DNA of 27,017 nt, taken from the UHGV virus genome UHGV-0430895. One strand, given 5' to 3'. This document shows, one piece after another, positions 16,339-24,952 of this stretch. Origin of the DNA: a virus. The first letter of the stretch is position 1. Each line of letters starts with the position of its first letter. The notes beneath the pieces were generated by a model. That model ran no database searches. It was not told the DNA's origin and saw nothing but the letters and a program-made list of their open reading frames with translations. The translations under genes were made by a program, and so were the position numbers.

Positions 16339-17316
16339 TCACCCCCTGAATCCAGGCGGTATTTCAGTGTCCGGTTCAGAAATGTGATTCACGCAACGAT
16401 GCTCGGGCGAACGCCCCAGGCGGATAACCAGTTCATCCCATTTTTCCCGGAGTTTTGCCGGACTCATGATGTTTTTTACCCAGAACGAATCCCGCTGGAC
16501 ACGCCCAAACATTTCACAAATCTGCCGGTGACTACGTCCATCCAGCATCCGCATTGTGCGCACGTCATTGGCCCATGCTGTCCAGTTGGGTTCTTTCGGT
16601 CTCGTGATCTCGCCATCATCGCTGGCCGCCTGCTCGTAAAGACTCACGATTCGTCCCCAGATCCACTGTGCGCACACCAAATCTTCCTGACTTCCCCACT
16701 GGCGTTTTTTCGCACTGAACACAACCGCGTCAGGGTGTCGGGTTAAAAAATCCTGTTCAGCCGTCTGCGGGTCCGGTTGCGAAGCGTCCGGACAAGAAGA
16801 TCTTTTCTCTGACGGATCAGGTTTTAATACTGACGGATCGGGGTCAATCATCGCCCCCCTAATCGGCAGTTTTTTATCAACAGTTGATCCATCAAAATTT
16901 GACGGGTCAACCGTTGAGGGGTCAATATTTGACGGGTCAACTGTTAACGGGTCATTTTTTGCCGGGCTAATTTTTCTTTTCGGTTTATATGCCTCACGCG
17001 CCGCAGTTGCAGCTGCTTCGAGTTTTTCCACATTAAGCCGATAGATATTGCTTACATTACGCCCACCGACCTTACGCTCTTCCTTCGTCAGCCAGCCCTC
17101 TTTCGCCAGTTCTGCAATAGCAGATTTAACGGTGGATTCACTTCTGGCACCGATCTGACGCCGGATAGTTTCAATGGCAGGCCATGACACGCCCTCGTCA
17201 TTGCTGTAGTCTGCTAGACGGGCCATCACTGCCACCCGGGATAAGATCATGCCGGTGAAGGCGCATCCTTCCCAGACAAGACCATGAAGCTTGCTGCTCA
17301 TAAAACCCCCGAACAC
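16339..17316 (-). CDS. Replication initiator (lambda O-like) containing the origin iterons
   Basis: N-terminal HTH region and a central repetitive peptide DPLTVDPSNIDPSTVDPSNFDGSTVD encoded by DNA iterons. Followed by the DnaC-like gene. Confidence 0.75.
   Translation of the reverse strand: MFGGFMSSKLHGLVWEGCAFTGMILSRVAVMARLADYSNDEGVSWPAIETIRRQIGARSESTVKSAIAELAKEGWLTKEERKVGGRNVSNIYRLNVEKLEAAATAAREAYKPKRKISPAKNDPLTVDPSNIDPSTVDPSNFDGSTVDKKLPIRGAMIDPDPSVLKPDPSEKRSSCPDASQPDPQTAEQDFLTRHPDAVVFSAKKRQWGSQEDLVCAQWIWGRIVSLYEQAASDDGEITRPKEPNWTAWANDVRTMRMLDGRSHRQICEMFGRVQRDSFWVKNIMSPAKLREKWDELVIRLGRSPEHRCVNHISEPDTEIPPGFRG
16899..16990. repeat. Origin of replication: four 15-bp-periodic iterons TT(G/A)A(C/G)GGGTCAA plus adjacent AT-rich tract
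   Basis: Direct repeats at 16899, 16914, 16929 and 16944 followed by TTTTTTGCCGGGCTAATTTTTCTTTT. This is the lambda ori-within-O arrangement. Confidence 0.7.
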
Positions 17317-17323
17317 CGTGCTG

Positions 17324-17749
17324 TTAGTGCATCACCACGGCATTTCCTGCCGGGCCGCCGCGATTCATCTGGTCATACAAAACAACCGCTGACGCAACAA
17401 AATCGTCGACATCCTTCACCAGCCGATCACGCCGTTCGACAATCTCCCGGTAATACTCAGAACTGTGACTGCGCATACGGGCCACCAGCAAAGGCGGCAT
17501 CGCCTTTTCGATCGCTGGTAACAGAGCCTGAATTTTTTCAACAGCATCAGGGGTGTCTTTATCCAGCCAACGGAAAATTTTCTGGGTATTACGGGCCAGG
17601 GCTTCCGGATGACTGTCGTCGTACAGTTCCGGGAACGTCATCCCCAGCTCGAAATACGCTTTGGTAATTTTCGCAGCCGGTACTTTTTCGCCGTCCGGAT
17701 GCGCCCAGGCATTCATCGCCATGCGGATGTGCTCATGCTTGATTTTCAT
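17324..17749 (-). CDS. ydaT: YdaT-like (CII-like) prophage regulatory protein
   Basis: N-terminus MKIKHEHIRMAMNAW resembles Rac YdaT as I recall it. Its start overlaps the Cro-like stop. Confidence 0.6.
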   Translation of the reverse strand: MKIKHEHIRMAMNAWAHPDGEKVPAAKITKAYFELGMTFPELYDDSHPEALARNTQKIFRWLDKDTPDAVEKIQALLPAIEKAMPPLLVARMRSHSSEYYREIVERRDRLVKDVDDFVASAVVLYDQMNRGGPAGNAVVMH

Positions 17750-18048
17750 GAATCAACTCCATCAGATAAGCATGTACTACAATCACCTTCAGCATGAACT
17801 GCATGCGTTTGCCCCAAACGAATTCCGTTCGCATACTCAGGCCAAATAAGCTCCCAATCATGGGGTCGTAGCTCCGCCCTACTTACTTGGCCTTCTGTCG
17901 CAGATTCGATCATAAGGGCGCGGGTTGGAGATATAGCTGCTCGTCCAGACGCCATTTGCGATAAGTAAGATGGCGATACACCAAGTCTGGCCGCGAATTT
18001 CTTAGCGTCACCAACCTTCAATGATTTAATAAACTCTTTTAATGTCAT
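17746..18048 (-). CDS. Cro-like HTH regulator (DicC/YdaS analogue)
   Basis: HTH (FAARLGVSPSYLSQMASGRAAISP); first gene of the rightward operon, divergent from the repressor; strong SD GAGGAAGG. Confidence 0.7.
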   Translation of the reverse strand: MTLKEFIKSLKVGDAKKFAARLGVSPSYLSQMASGRAAISPTRALMIESATEGQVSRAELRPHDWELIWPEYANGIRLGQTHAVHAEGDCSTCLSDGVDS

Positions 18049-18144
18049 ACCTTCCTCGGTTTAGTGTTTTTTTTGAGTTTAGTGTTTAATAAACCATTAA
18101 GTCAAGTATTTGCTTGTTTAGTGATTACTAAAGATAATTACCGC
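18049..18144. promoter_or_regulatory. Divergent immunity promoter/operator region with three TTTAGTG operator motifs
   Basis: TTGCTT-17 nt-GATAAT promoter whose spacer is the palindrome TTTAGTGATTACTAAA (18117..18132); the -10 ends 6 nt before the repressor ATG, suggesting a leaderless mRNA like lambda cI from PRM. Opposite-strand -35 TTGACT faces the Cro-like gene. Confidence 0.6.
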
Positions 18145-18516
18145 ATGCAAAAAAAAGAAATTCGCCGTTTACGTCTCAAGGAGTGGTTTAAAGATAAAAC
18201 TCTGCCACCCAAAGAGAAGAGCTACCTATCTCAACTAATGAGCGGGAGAGCCTCGTTTGGAGAAAAGGCTGCCAGAAGAATAGAGCAAACATACGGGATG
18301 CCGGAAGGGTATTTGGATGCGGAATACGCAGAACAACCGGAGGTTTCTCCGCCACATGCAGGGTTAACGTCTAATCAACTGGAATTATTGCAGATTTTTT
18401 CAGCCTTCCCTGAGGATGAGCAACGCCAGATAATCAGCGAGTTAAAACAGAAAAAAGAATCAATGGAAGATCTCATAGCGAGATGGATTGCGGCGCAAAA
18501 ATGCCGCCGCGCCTAA
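18145..18516 (+). CDS. dicA: DicA-like prophage repressor (XRE HTH, no S24 peptidase domain)
   Basis: HTH (LSQLMSGRASFGEKAARRIEQTYGMPEGYL) and a C-terminal LTSNQLELLQIFSAFPEDEQ motif paralleling DicA's LSPKELELLELFNALPESEQ. Confidence 0.7.
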   Translation: MQKKEIRRLRLKEWFKDKTLPPKEKSYLSQLMSGRASFGEKAARRIEQTYGMPEGYLDAEYAEQPEVSPPHAGLTSNQLELLQIFSAFPEDEQRQIISELKQKKESMEDLIARWIAAQKCRRA

Positions 18517-18536
18517 GTTATAAAACCGGAGGAAAC

Positions 18537-18728
18537 ATGAATAGAGCCCTTTCACCAATGGTTTCTGAGTTTGAAACCATTGAACAAGAAAACAGTTACA
18601 ACGAATGGCTGCGTGCGAAAGTAGCAACGAGCCTTGCAGATCCGCGCCCAGCAATTCCCCATGACGAAGTTGAGCGCAGAATGGCAGAACGCTTTGCTAA
18701 AATGCGCAAGGAACGGAGCAAGCAGTAA
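18537..18728 (+). CDS. ParD-like type II antitoxin
   Basis: 63 aa with GGAGG RBS; C-terminal LADPRPAIPHDEVERRMAERFAKMRKE resembles ParD-family antitoxin tails. Its stop is 1 nt from the toxin start. Confidence 0.6.
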   Translation: MNRALSPMVSEFETIEQENSYNEWLRAKVATSLADPRPAIPHDEVERRMAERFAKMRKERSKQ

Positions 18729-18729
18729 A

Positions 18730-19008
18730 ATGTTACCCGTGTTATGGCTTGAAAGCGCAGATACCGACCTAGATGATATAACTAGTTATATTGCTCGTTT
18801 CGACATAGATGCGGCAGAACGCTTATGGCAGCGATTAAGGGGTTGTGTGCTGCCGTTATCCGAACATCCGTATTTATACCCACCAAGCGACAGAGTACCT
18901 GGCTTGCGTGAGATTGTGGCCCACCCTAACTATATAATTCTATACCGCGTAACAACATCAAGCGTTGAAGTAGTAAACGTGATCCACGCAAGACGCCAGT
19001 TTCCCTAA
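18730..19008 (+). CDS. ParE/RelE-superfamily type II toxin
   Basis: 92 aa; C-terminal YIILYRVTTSSVEVVNVIHARRQF matches the ParE signature (YRI...V.I.RV.H.R). Confidence 0.7.
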   Translation: MLPVLWLESADTDLDDITSYIARFDIDAAERLWQRLRGCVLPLSEHPYLYPPSDRVPGLREIVAHPNYIILYRVTTSSVEVVNVIHARRQFP

Positions 19009-19079
19009 CTTTCACTACCAATAGAAACACAACAACCGCAACGACTTTATCAAAAGCGTTGTGTTTGTTGCGCCTCTTG

Positions 19080-19130
19080 GTTTAGTTTTTACTTGACTTG
19101 AGTTTAACATTTATTAAACTATAAGTGCTA
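19080..19130 (+). promoter_or_regulatory. Candidate leftward-operon promoter/operator (pL/dicBp analogue) with TTTAGT operator motifs
   Basis: TTGACT-16 nt-TAAACT with operator-like GAGTTTAACATTTATTAAAC, which resembles GAGTTTAGTGTTTAATAAAC in the 18049..18144 region. Confidence 0.5.
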
Positions 19131-19298
19131 ACCCACCCCGCCCCACAGAACGCAGGGCAATACTTCGAGTTACCCGGCAGTGGTCAGGGGTTAAGTAGCC
19201 AGCCCGAGGCGTATGAACATGACGGCGGGAACACTTTGTATAACAGCGCAGCAGGTTTTTAGTTCCGCGACCCGGCGTTAAGGGGAAATGAGGTCAAC

Positions 19299-19451
19299 AT
19301 GGATACCATCGATCTTGGCAACAACGAATCTCTGGTGTGCGGCGTCTTCCCCAATCAGGACGGCACGTTTACCGCGATGACGTATACCAAAAGTAAAACG
19401 TTTAAAACCGAAGCTGGCGCGCATCGCTGGTTAGCCAGAAACGCCAACTGA
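19299..19451 (+). CDS. ydfA: YdfA-like (DUF1391) 50-aa protein (below ORF-track cutoff)
   Basis: ATG with GAGGT RBS. Translation MDTIDLGNNESLVCGVFPNQDGTFTAMTYTKSKTFKTEAGAHRWLARNAN. First gene of the dicB-type operon, as in Qin. Confidence 0.55.
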   Translation: MDTIDLGNNESLVCGVFPNQDGTFTAMTYTKSKTFKTEAGAHRWLARNAN

Positions 19452-19597
19452 TTAGCGCCAGTAAAAACAGGTTTCCACAGGTTAATGTACCCTGAAAAGT
19501 CATGGCATAACACGAAAGCGCACGGAGAGGTTTCTTTGCATATAAGTCTTGTCGTTAAATTTCTTCGACCGTGCGCTTCCGGTTGTGTAGCCAGTGC

Positions 19598-19657
19598 AAC
19601 CTCGTGGTGTACCCATTGGCGGCATCGGTTTGTTGCTGACTGATGTCCGCCCTTTTT
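19598..19657 (+). ncRNA. dicF: DicF-like sRNA with intrinsic terminator
   Basis: Core UUGGCGGCAUCGGUUU...GCUGACUGAUGUCCGCCC-UUUUU parallels K-12 DicF (UUGGCGGUAUCAGUUUUACUCCGUGACUGCUCUGCCGCCC-UUUUU) as recalled. Lies between ydfA-like and dicB, the native dicF position. Confidence 0.6.
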
Positions 19658-19835
19658 AAAGTGAATTTTGTGATGCGATGAATGCGGCTATGCGCACGCG
19701 GAACAGTTAAAGCAGTAAGGCGGTATTTTACTGGCGTAACAAGCATCAACTAACCCGGCGTTAATTGTTAACTGGTTAACGTCACCTGGAGGCACCAGGC
19801 ACTGCATCACAAAATTCATTGTTGAGGACGCGATA

Positions 19836-20024
19836 ATGGAAACGTTATTACCAAACGTTAATACGTCTGACGGTTGTTTCGATATTGGTGTTCTGCTCAG
19901 TAACCGGGAGTTTACTGAAGATGCCATTAAGATGAGAAAATATGAGCCTTATCTTCTCAATGATAATTCCATACTCTCCAGAATTGCCCTTCTTGAACTT
20001 GGTATTTTCGGAGAATGTCAATGA
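19836..20024 (+). CDS. dicB: DicB cell-division inhibitor (Kil-like)
   Basis: 62 aa; METLLPNVNTSDGCFDIGVLLSN..FTEDAIKMRK... closely parallels K-12 DicB (MKTLLPNVNTSEGCFEIGV...FTEDAINKRK). Confidence 0.85.
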   Translation: METLLPNVNTSDGCFDIGVLLSNREFTEDAIKMRKYEPYLLNDNSILSRIALLELGIFGECQ

Positions 20025-20209
20025 CTTCAGCATTTGCACTGGTGATGACGGTTTTTCTTATAACGGGTGAATCACAGAATGTGATTACCGGAATTTATGC
20101 CAGTAAAGAATCCTGCCATCAGGCAAGAGACGAGCAAAAAATTTCCGGTGAATGTCTCCCGTTAAACAAAGTATCGCTGTACCTGAATAACGAAATACCG
20201 GCTGGATAA
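20015..20209 (+). CDS. ydfD: YdfD-like small membrane protein
   Basis: 64 aa with an N-terminal TM segment (MSMTSAFALVMTVFLITG); overlaps the dicB stop, as ydfD follows dicB in Qin. Confidence 0.6.
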   Translation: MSMTSAFALVMTVFLITGESQNVITGIYASKESCHQARDEQKISGECLPLNKVSLYLNNEIPAG

Positions 20210-20301
20210 CCCGCCAGCCATATTAACACCATACCCGTTGATTAAGTATGCCAGCAATGGCAGGGATTCGTACAACCTTAAAATAGTTATGAGGTTTATC
20301 A

Positions 20302-22791
20302 ATGAGCACTGATAAAGAAGAAATTGCACTGTATTACGAAGCCAAAAATGACAAAGTCAGAAAACGCCTTGGGATTAAAGGCGGTTTTTACTGGCGCACA
20401 GCAAAAAAATTATCGGTTGCAATATCACGGGGTGTTGTCGCAATGGACGATGCTGGATTTGACGAAGAGGATTTCAAAAAACCTGTTCGCGTGAATTTGC
20501 CCATTGTTAATGACCTGCCGCCTGAAGGTGTGTTTGATACCGAATTCTGCAACCGCTATGAAAAAGGCGGGGAAGATGGCATCACCATGATGGCTATACC
20601 CTTCAATGACAACATCAACGGTGAAGATGCCACAACTGCTGGCGATGACAACGATGACCCGGACGGAACTATTCCGGATGATGTGGAGAAAAACGAATCC
20701 CCGGACAGCGACGATGACTGTTCTGAGTGTGAAATTCCCGTCGCCACTCTGAGCCTTACTCATCGCTTCCTTCACCTCTTCTTATTCAGCAAAGATGAAG
20801 ATGGAAAATACCGGCATCATGCCACACCAGAACAACGCAATAACGTGATCCGTATGGAGATGGACACAGAGGACAGTTACCTTCAGAGCCTGCTTACTGC
20901 TGTGCGTTCACATCCAGAACTGGATAAGCTGACGAATTATCATCTGGGAAGACTGGCACAATCCGTTGGAAAGGCATTCTCTCACTCAACAACCCGTCAT
21001 ATCGGCCCGGCCGAATTCGACAAGTTCATCTCCACCTGGATGAAAACAGACTATGTGGATCAGGGATTGCTGACAAAAGAATGGCAGAAAGGAAATTGTG
21101 TTACAGGCATCACCCGTACGCCTTCCGGTGCTAACGCTGGCGGCGGAAATCTTACCGATCGTGGCGAAGGCTTTACCCACAATCAGGCATCACTGGCGCG
21201 AGACATTGCCACTGGCGTTCTTGCCCGTTCAATGGATGTGGATATTTATAACCTGCACCCTGCACATGCAAAACGCGTTGAAGAAATCGTTGCAGAGAAT
21301 AAACCGCCCTTTTCTGTTTTCCGTGACAAATTCATCGCCATGCCCGGTGGGCTGGATTATTCCCGCGCCATTGTGGTGGCTTCCGTAAAAGAAGCACCAA
21401 TCGGCATTGAGGCTATCCCGGCGCGCGTGACTGAATATCTCAACAAAGTGTTGACCGAAACCGATCATGCCAACCCTGATCCGGAAATCGTGGATATTGC
21501 CTGCGGTCGCTCATCAGCCCCGATGCCGCAGCGCGGAACAAAAGAAGGAAAACAGGATGATGAAGAAAAACCGCAGCCATCTGGCGCAATGGCAGATGAA
21601 CAGGCAACGGCTGAAACAATGGCAGCGGATACAGTTGAACATCATCAGGATCCGCAGCCGCTGGATGATAAGTCACAGATAAAAGTTACCGCTGAAGAAG
21701 TAAATAAAATTATGGAGGCAGCAAACATCAGTCGACCAGATGCCGACAAATTGCTTGCCGCTTCTCGTGGTGAGTTTGTTGAAGGGATTAGCGACCCGAA
21801 TGATCCAAAATGGGTGAAGGGGATTGAAACCCGCGATTCGGTGAACCATAACCAGCAAGAAACGGAACAGAAAGGCCATAAAGCGGAACAACACAGTCCA
21901 AATGCGCAACAAAACGAGCCAGAAACGAAACAGCCTGAACCAGTAGCGCAACAGGAACCGGAAAAAGTCTGCACAGCCTGCGGTCAGACCGGCGGCGGCA
22001 ACTGTCCTGACTGTGGCACGGTGATGGGCGACGCAACATACCATGAGACATTCAACGAAGAAAGTCAGGATGAAGCCCGGGAAAAAGATCCGGAGGAAAT
22101 GGAAAGTGCCGGACTCCCGAACAAGGAGTGCACCGAAGGCGATCAACATGCCAATGGCAATAATGAAACAGGCGAGACAGCAAATCTCTTAATTAAGGTG
22201 AACGGTCATCGTGAAATCACATCCACCAGCAGGTTGTGGCACCATCTGATGATTGACCTTGAAACAATGGGCAAAAATCCTGACGCACCAATAGCCTCAA
22301 TAGGCGCTGTATTTTTCGATCCACAAACCGGAGAGCAGGGGCCTGAATTCAGCAAAATAATTGATATGGGTACATGTGGCGGCACTGTCGACATAAGCAC
22401 AATCGAATGGTGGCTGGTACAGTCCAGCGAGGCCAGAACTGCAATTTTGGTAAATCAAATCCCATTAGATGATGCGCTGCTGCAACTCAAGGAATTCATC
22501 AGCGAGCATTCAGATGAAAAATTCGTGCAGGTATGGGGCAATGGTGCAACTTTCGACAACGTGATTTTACGCCGTTCATACGAACGACAGGGTATCCCCT
22601 GCCCGTGGCGCTACTGCAACGATCGCGATGTACGCACAATCGTTGAGCTGGGGAAAGCCATAGACTTCGATGCCAGAACGGCTATTCCATTCGAAGGTGA
22701 GCGCCATAATGCACTTGATGACGCTCGTTACCAGGCAAAATACGTTTCAGCTATCTGGCAAAAACTGCTCCCGAGTCAGGCTGATTTTTAA
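20302..22791 (+). CDS. Large (829 aa) prophage protein with central Cys4 zinc ribbon and C-terminal DEDDh 3'-5' exonuclease domain
   Basis: C-terminal motifs MIDLETMG (Exo I), [10 protein letters not shown] (Exo II) and HNALDDARY (Exo III); [16 protein letters not shown] zinc ribbon; acidic, low-complexity central region. It sits where recE/exo lies in lambdoid phages. Confidence 0.7.
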   Translation: MSTDKEEIALYYEAKNDKVRKRLGIKGGFYWRTAKKLSVAISRGVVAMDDAGFDEEDFKKPVRVNLPIVNDLPPEGVFDTEFCNRYEKGGEDGITMMAIPFNDNINGEDATTAGDDNDDPDGTIPDDVEKNESPDSDDDCSECEIPVATLSLTHRFLHLFLFSKDEDGKYRHHATPEQRNNVIRMEMDTEDSYLQSLLTAVRSHPELDKLTNYHLGRLAQSVGKAFSHSTTRHIGPAEFDKFISTWMKTDYVDQGLLTKEWQKGNCVTGITRTPSGANAGGGNLTDRGEGFTHNQASLARDIATGVLARSMDVDIYNLHPAHAKRVEEIVAENKPPFSVFRDKFIAMPGGLDYSRAIVVASVKEAPIGIEAIPARVTEYLNKVLTETDHANPDPEIVDIACGRSSAPMPQRGTKEGKQDDEEKPQPSGAMADEQATAETMAADTVEHHQDPQPLDDKSQIKVTAEEVNKIMEAANISRPDADKLLAASRGEFVEGISDPNDPKWVKGIETRDSVNHNQQETEQKGHKAEQHSPNAQQNEPETKQPEPVAQQEPEKVCTACGQTGGGNCPDCGTVMGDATYHETFNEESQDEAREKDPEEMESAGLPNKECTEGDQHANGNNETGETANLLIKVNGHREITSTSRLWHHLMIDLETMGKNPDAPIASIGAVFFDPQTGEQGPEFSKIIDMGTCGGTVDISTIEWWLVQSSEARTAILVNQIPLDDALLQLKEFISEHSDEKFVQVWGNGATFDNVILRRSYERQGIPCPWRYCNDRDVRTIVELGKAIDFDARTAIPFEGERHNALDDARYQAKYVSAIWQKLLPSQADF

Positions 22792-22852
22792 TGTTCAACC
22801 GTCGCCAGTTGTCGTTGGTATTCTGCAACTGGCGCGTTCCGGAGTGATAGCC

Positions 22853-23122
22853 ATGAGCGAACAGTACCTGATAACGCTCGATGAGTGGAAGCCAAAACGG
22901 TTCAGTCTCCCAATAACAAACACTACCCTAGTGAAATACGGAAAACTAGGATACATCGTTCCAAGACCACAAAAAATTCGTGGGCGTTGGCTGATAGATC
23001 GCCGAGCAGTATTTGTTGGACCTGGTGAAACAGGAATTGCGCCGGAAATTCATACTGGCGATGATGATGCACTGAAGGAGATTTTAACTCATGTCACCGA
23101 GGCCACGAAAAAACAGCACTGA
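22853..23122 (+). CDS. xis: Excisionase (Xis)
   Basis: 89 aa from MSEQYLITLDEWKPK with GGAG RBS, directly upstream of and overlapping int. Confidence 0.65.
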   Translation: MSEQYLITLDEWKPKRFSLPITNTTLVKYGKLGYIVPRPQKIRGRWLIDRRAVFVGPGETGIAPEIHTGDDDALKEILTHVTEATKKQH

Positions 23123-24209
23123 CGTAGCCGGACTTTACGAAAAATTTGATCGCAGAACTGGCAGAGTTTACTACCAGTATAAAAACCCTGTGACTGGAAA
23201 ATTTCACGGGCTCGGAACAGACAAAGGTAAGGCAGAAAAAATCGCTTCCACAGCCAATCAGCGAATAGCTGCAGCAGAGGCTGAATATTTCATGCGCAAA
23301 ATTGATGAAAGTCCGTCAGCAACAAAGCGTCGGGGTATCAGATTAAAGGCATGGGTTGATCGATATCTGAAAATACAGGACACGCGACTGAAAAATGGAG
23401 ATATTGCAGCTACAACCCACAAAGAAAAAGTGCGAATGGCTGCATACCTGGTTTCCCGCCTGGGAAACCACCCATTGAAAGAACTGGAGGTAAGAGACTT
23501 TGCATTAATACTGGACGAGTGGATGGATAAAGACATGGTCAGCACAGCAAGAGTAAATCGCGGATTATGGGTTGATATTTATAAAGAAGCACAGCATGCA
23601 GGGGAAGTTCCTCCTGGATGGAATCCTCCGGAGGCTACCCGTAAACCGATCCCTAAAGTGACCAGATCCAGACTCACCCTGGAAGACTGGCAAAAAATTT
23701 ACAACGCAACGCCTGAAAAACACTTTATCCGTAACGCAATGCTTCTTGCGATTGTTACTGGTCAGCGCCGTGATGACATTTGCCACATGCGTTTTTCAGA
23801 TGTGTGGAACGAACACTTGCATATCACCCAGGGAAAAACCGGAATGCGTCTGGCGTTACCGCTTACACTACGCTGTGATGCCATTGGGATAACGTTAAAA
23901 GAAGTTATTGATGGGTGCCGAGACAGAATATTAAGTCCATATCTAATCCATAGTCGGCACCAGAAACAACCAAAGCCGATGAGTAAAGACAACCTGAGCG
24001 ACTACTTTGCCAAAGCACGGGATCTGGCTGGGATAACTCCACCAGCAGGAAAAACTCCGCCAACATTTCATGAACAACGCTCCCTGTCAGAACGACTGTA
24101 CCGCGCGCAGGGTATTGATACAAAAACATTACTGGGACATAAAGTCCAGGCAACCACCGATCGTTATAACGATACTCGTGGTCAGGAATGGGTTAAATTG
24201 GTTGTTTGA
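23091..24209 (+). CDS. int: Tyrosine integrase (lambda Int family)
   Basis: 372 aa with a catalytic C-terminal domain (R...HxxR...Y pattern: AIVTGQRRDD, FHEQRS, LLGHK...DRY). Last prophage gene before a convergent terminator. Confidence 0.85.
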   Translation: MSPRPRKNSTDVAGLYEKFDRRTGRVYYQYKNPVTGKFHGLGTDKGKAEKIASTANQRIAAAEAEYFMRKIDESPSATKRRGIRLKAWVDRYLKIQDTRLKNGDIAATTHKEKVRMAAYLVSRLGNHPLKELEVRDFALILDEWMDKDMVSTARVNRGLWVDIYKEAQHAGEVPPGWNPPEATRKPIPKVTRSRLTLEDWQKIYNATPEKHFIRNAMLLAIVTGQRRDDICHMRFSDVWNEHLHITQGKTGMRLALPLTLRCDAIGITLKEVIDGCRDRILSPYLIHSRHQKQPKPMSKDNLSDYFAKARDLAGITPPAGKTPPTFHEQRSLSERLYRAQGIDTKTLLGHKVQATTDRYNDTRGQEWVKLVV

Positions 24210-24254
24210 CGAAATAAATACAGCTGAAAAATGTTGATATTGCTTTGCTAGTGT

Positions 24255-24277
24255 AAAAACCCCGGCATCAACCGGGG
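24255..24277 (-). terminator. Intrinsic terminator for the DUF2335-like gene, in the probable att region
   Basis: Minus-strand AACCCCGG-TTGATG-CCGGGGTT followed by TTT, 46 bp after the int stop. Confidence 0.5.
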
Positions 24278-24285
24278 TTCGGAGA

Positions 24286-24753
24286 CTAATCTTGATCAGG
24301 TTCCTGCTTAGAATAATGTTTTCCAACAATAAATGCCGTAACCAATGCAACAAGATCTATTGAAACGAGAGTTCCGGCAAGAACTGTCTCCCCCATGACG
24401 CCAAAGACAGTGGCAGCTAAGATGATCAATATTGCCAACCAAAAAGCCTTTGTTTGACCATCTCTGGCAATATCAATGCTATCAGCCACTGTTTTATGGC
24501 GATGAGCCTGCTCTTTTTCGGTCAACTCAACAAGTCGATTTGCAAGCCCAGGCACCAGTTGATCATACTTTTTAAGCATTGAAGGTGGCGGAACAGGCCC
24601 CTGAAAATGCTGGCAAACAATAGCCCGCACCTGCGGACTATCCAAAACCCTGTTTAAGACCTCTGGATTTTCGATTACTCGAGAAACCAGTTCATTATCC
24701 TTTTGTTCTTCACAAGTGAGTTTGGTGTTCTCACTTTCTTTTTGATCTGGCAT
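24286..24753 (-). CDS. Membrane protein (DUF2335-like), outside the prophage or at its edge
   Basis: 155 aa with two C-terminal TM helices (AFWLAILIILAATVFGVMG, LVSIDLVALVTAFIVG). Confidence 0.5.
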   Translation of the reverse strand: MPDQKESENTKLTCEEQKDNELVSRVIENPEVLNRVLDSPQVRAIVCQHFQGPVPPPSMLKKYDQLVPGLANRLVELTEKEQAHRHKTVADSIDIARDGQTKAFWLAILIILAATVFGVMGETVLAGTLVSIDLVALVTAFIVGKHYSKQEPDQD

Positions 24754-24952
24754 TGTTCAGCTTTTCAACGTTAACGGATACCATTGCTTTTTGGAAATCG
24801 CCTCTGATAGCCGCAGCATCCTGACGCAAAGCGGAAACTGGATTCGCTGGCATACCATTTGCTGAAACGACCGTCGGGCTCAGGGCTATAACCGAGCCAA
24901 TGGCTTGTAACAAAGCCACACTTTTACGCTTCATAGTCACTCCTGAGTTCAA
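24731..24952 (-). CDS. Small secreted protein (signal peptide)
   Basis: MKRKSVALLQAIGSVIALSPTVVSA signal-like N-terminus; overlaps the downstream gene start. Confidence 0.4.
   Translation of the reverse strand: MNSGVTMKRKSVALLQAIGSVIALSPTVVSANGMPANPVSALRQDAAAIRGDFQKAMVSVNVEKLNNARSKRK

Noticed and set aside
15898-16746. 282-aa plus-strand ORF antisense to the DnaC-like and O-like genes
   Set aside because: Antisense to two confidently identified replication genes; its composition (His/Pro/Arg-rich) is typical of a shadow ORF.
19452-19600. Possible ydfB/ydfC-like small ORFs between the ydfA-like gene and DicF-like RNA
   Set aside because: The only ORF found (about 52 codons from ATGTACCCT) lacks an RBS and runs through the DicF-like sequence; not supported.
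21673-22149. 158-aa and other minus-strand ORFs (20425..20775, 21645..21974, 21788..22051) inside the 829-aa gene
   Set aside because: Shadow ORFs on the opposite strand of a long gene with clear exonuclease motifs; Cys/Phe-rich nonsense-like translations.
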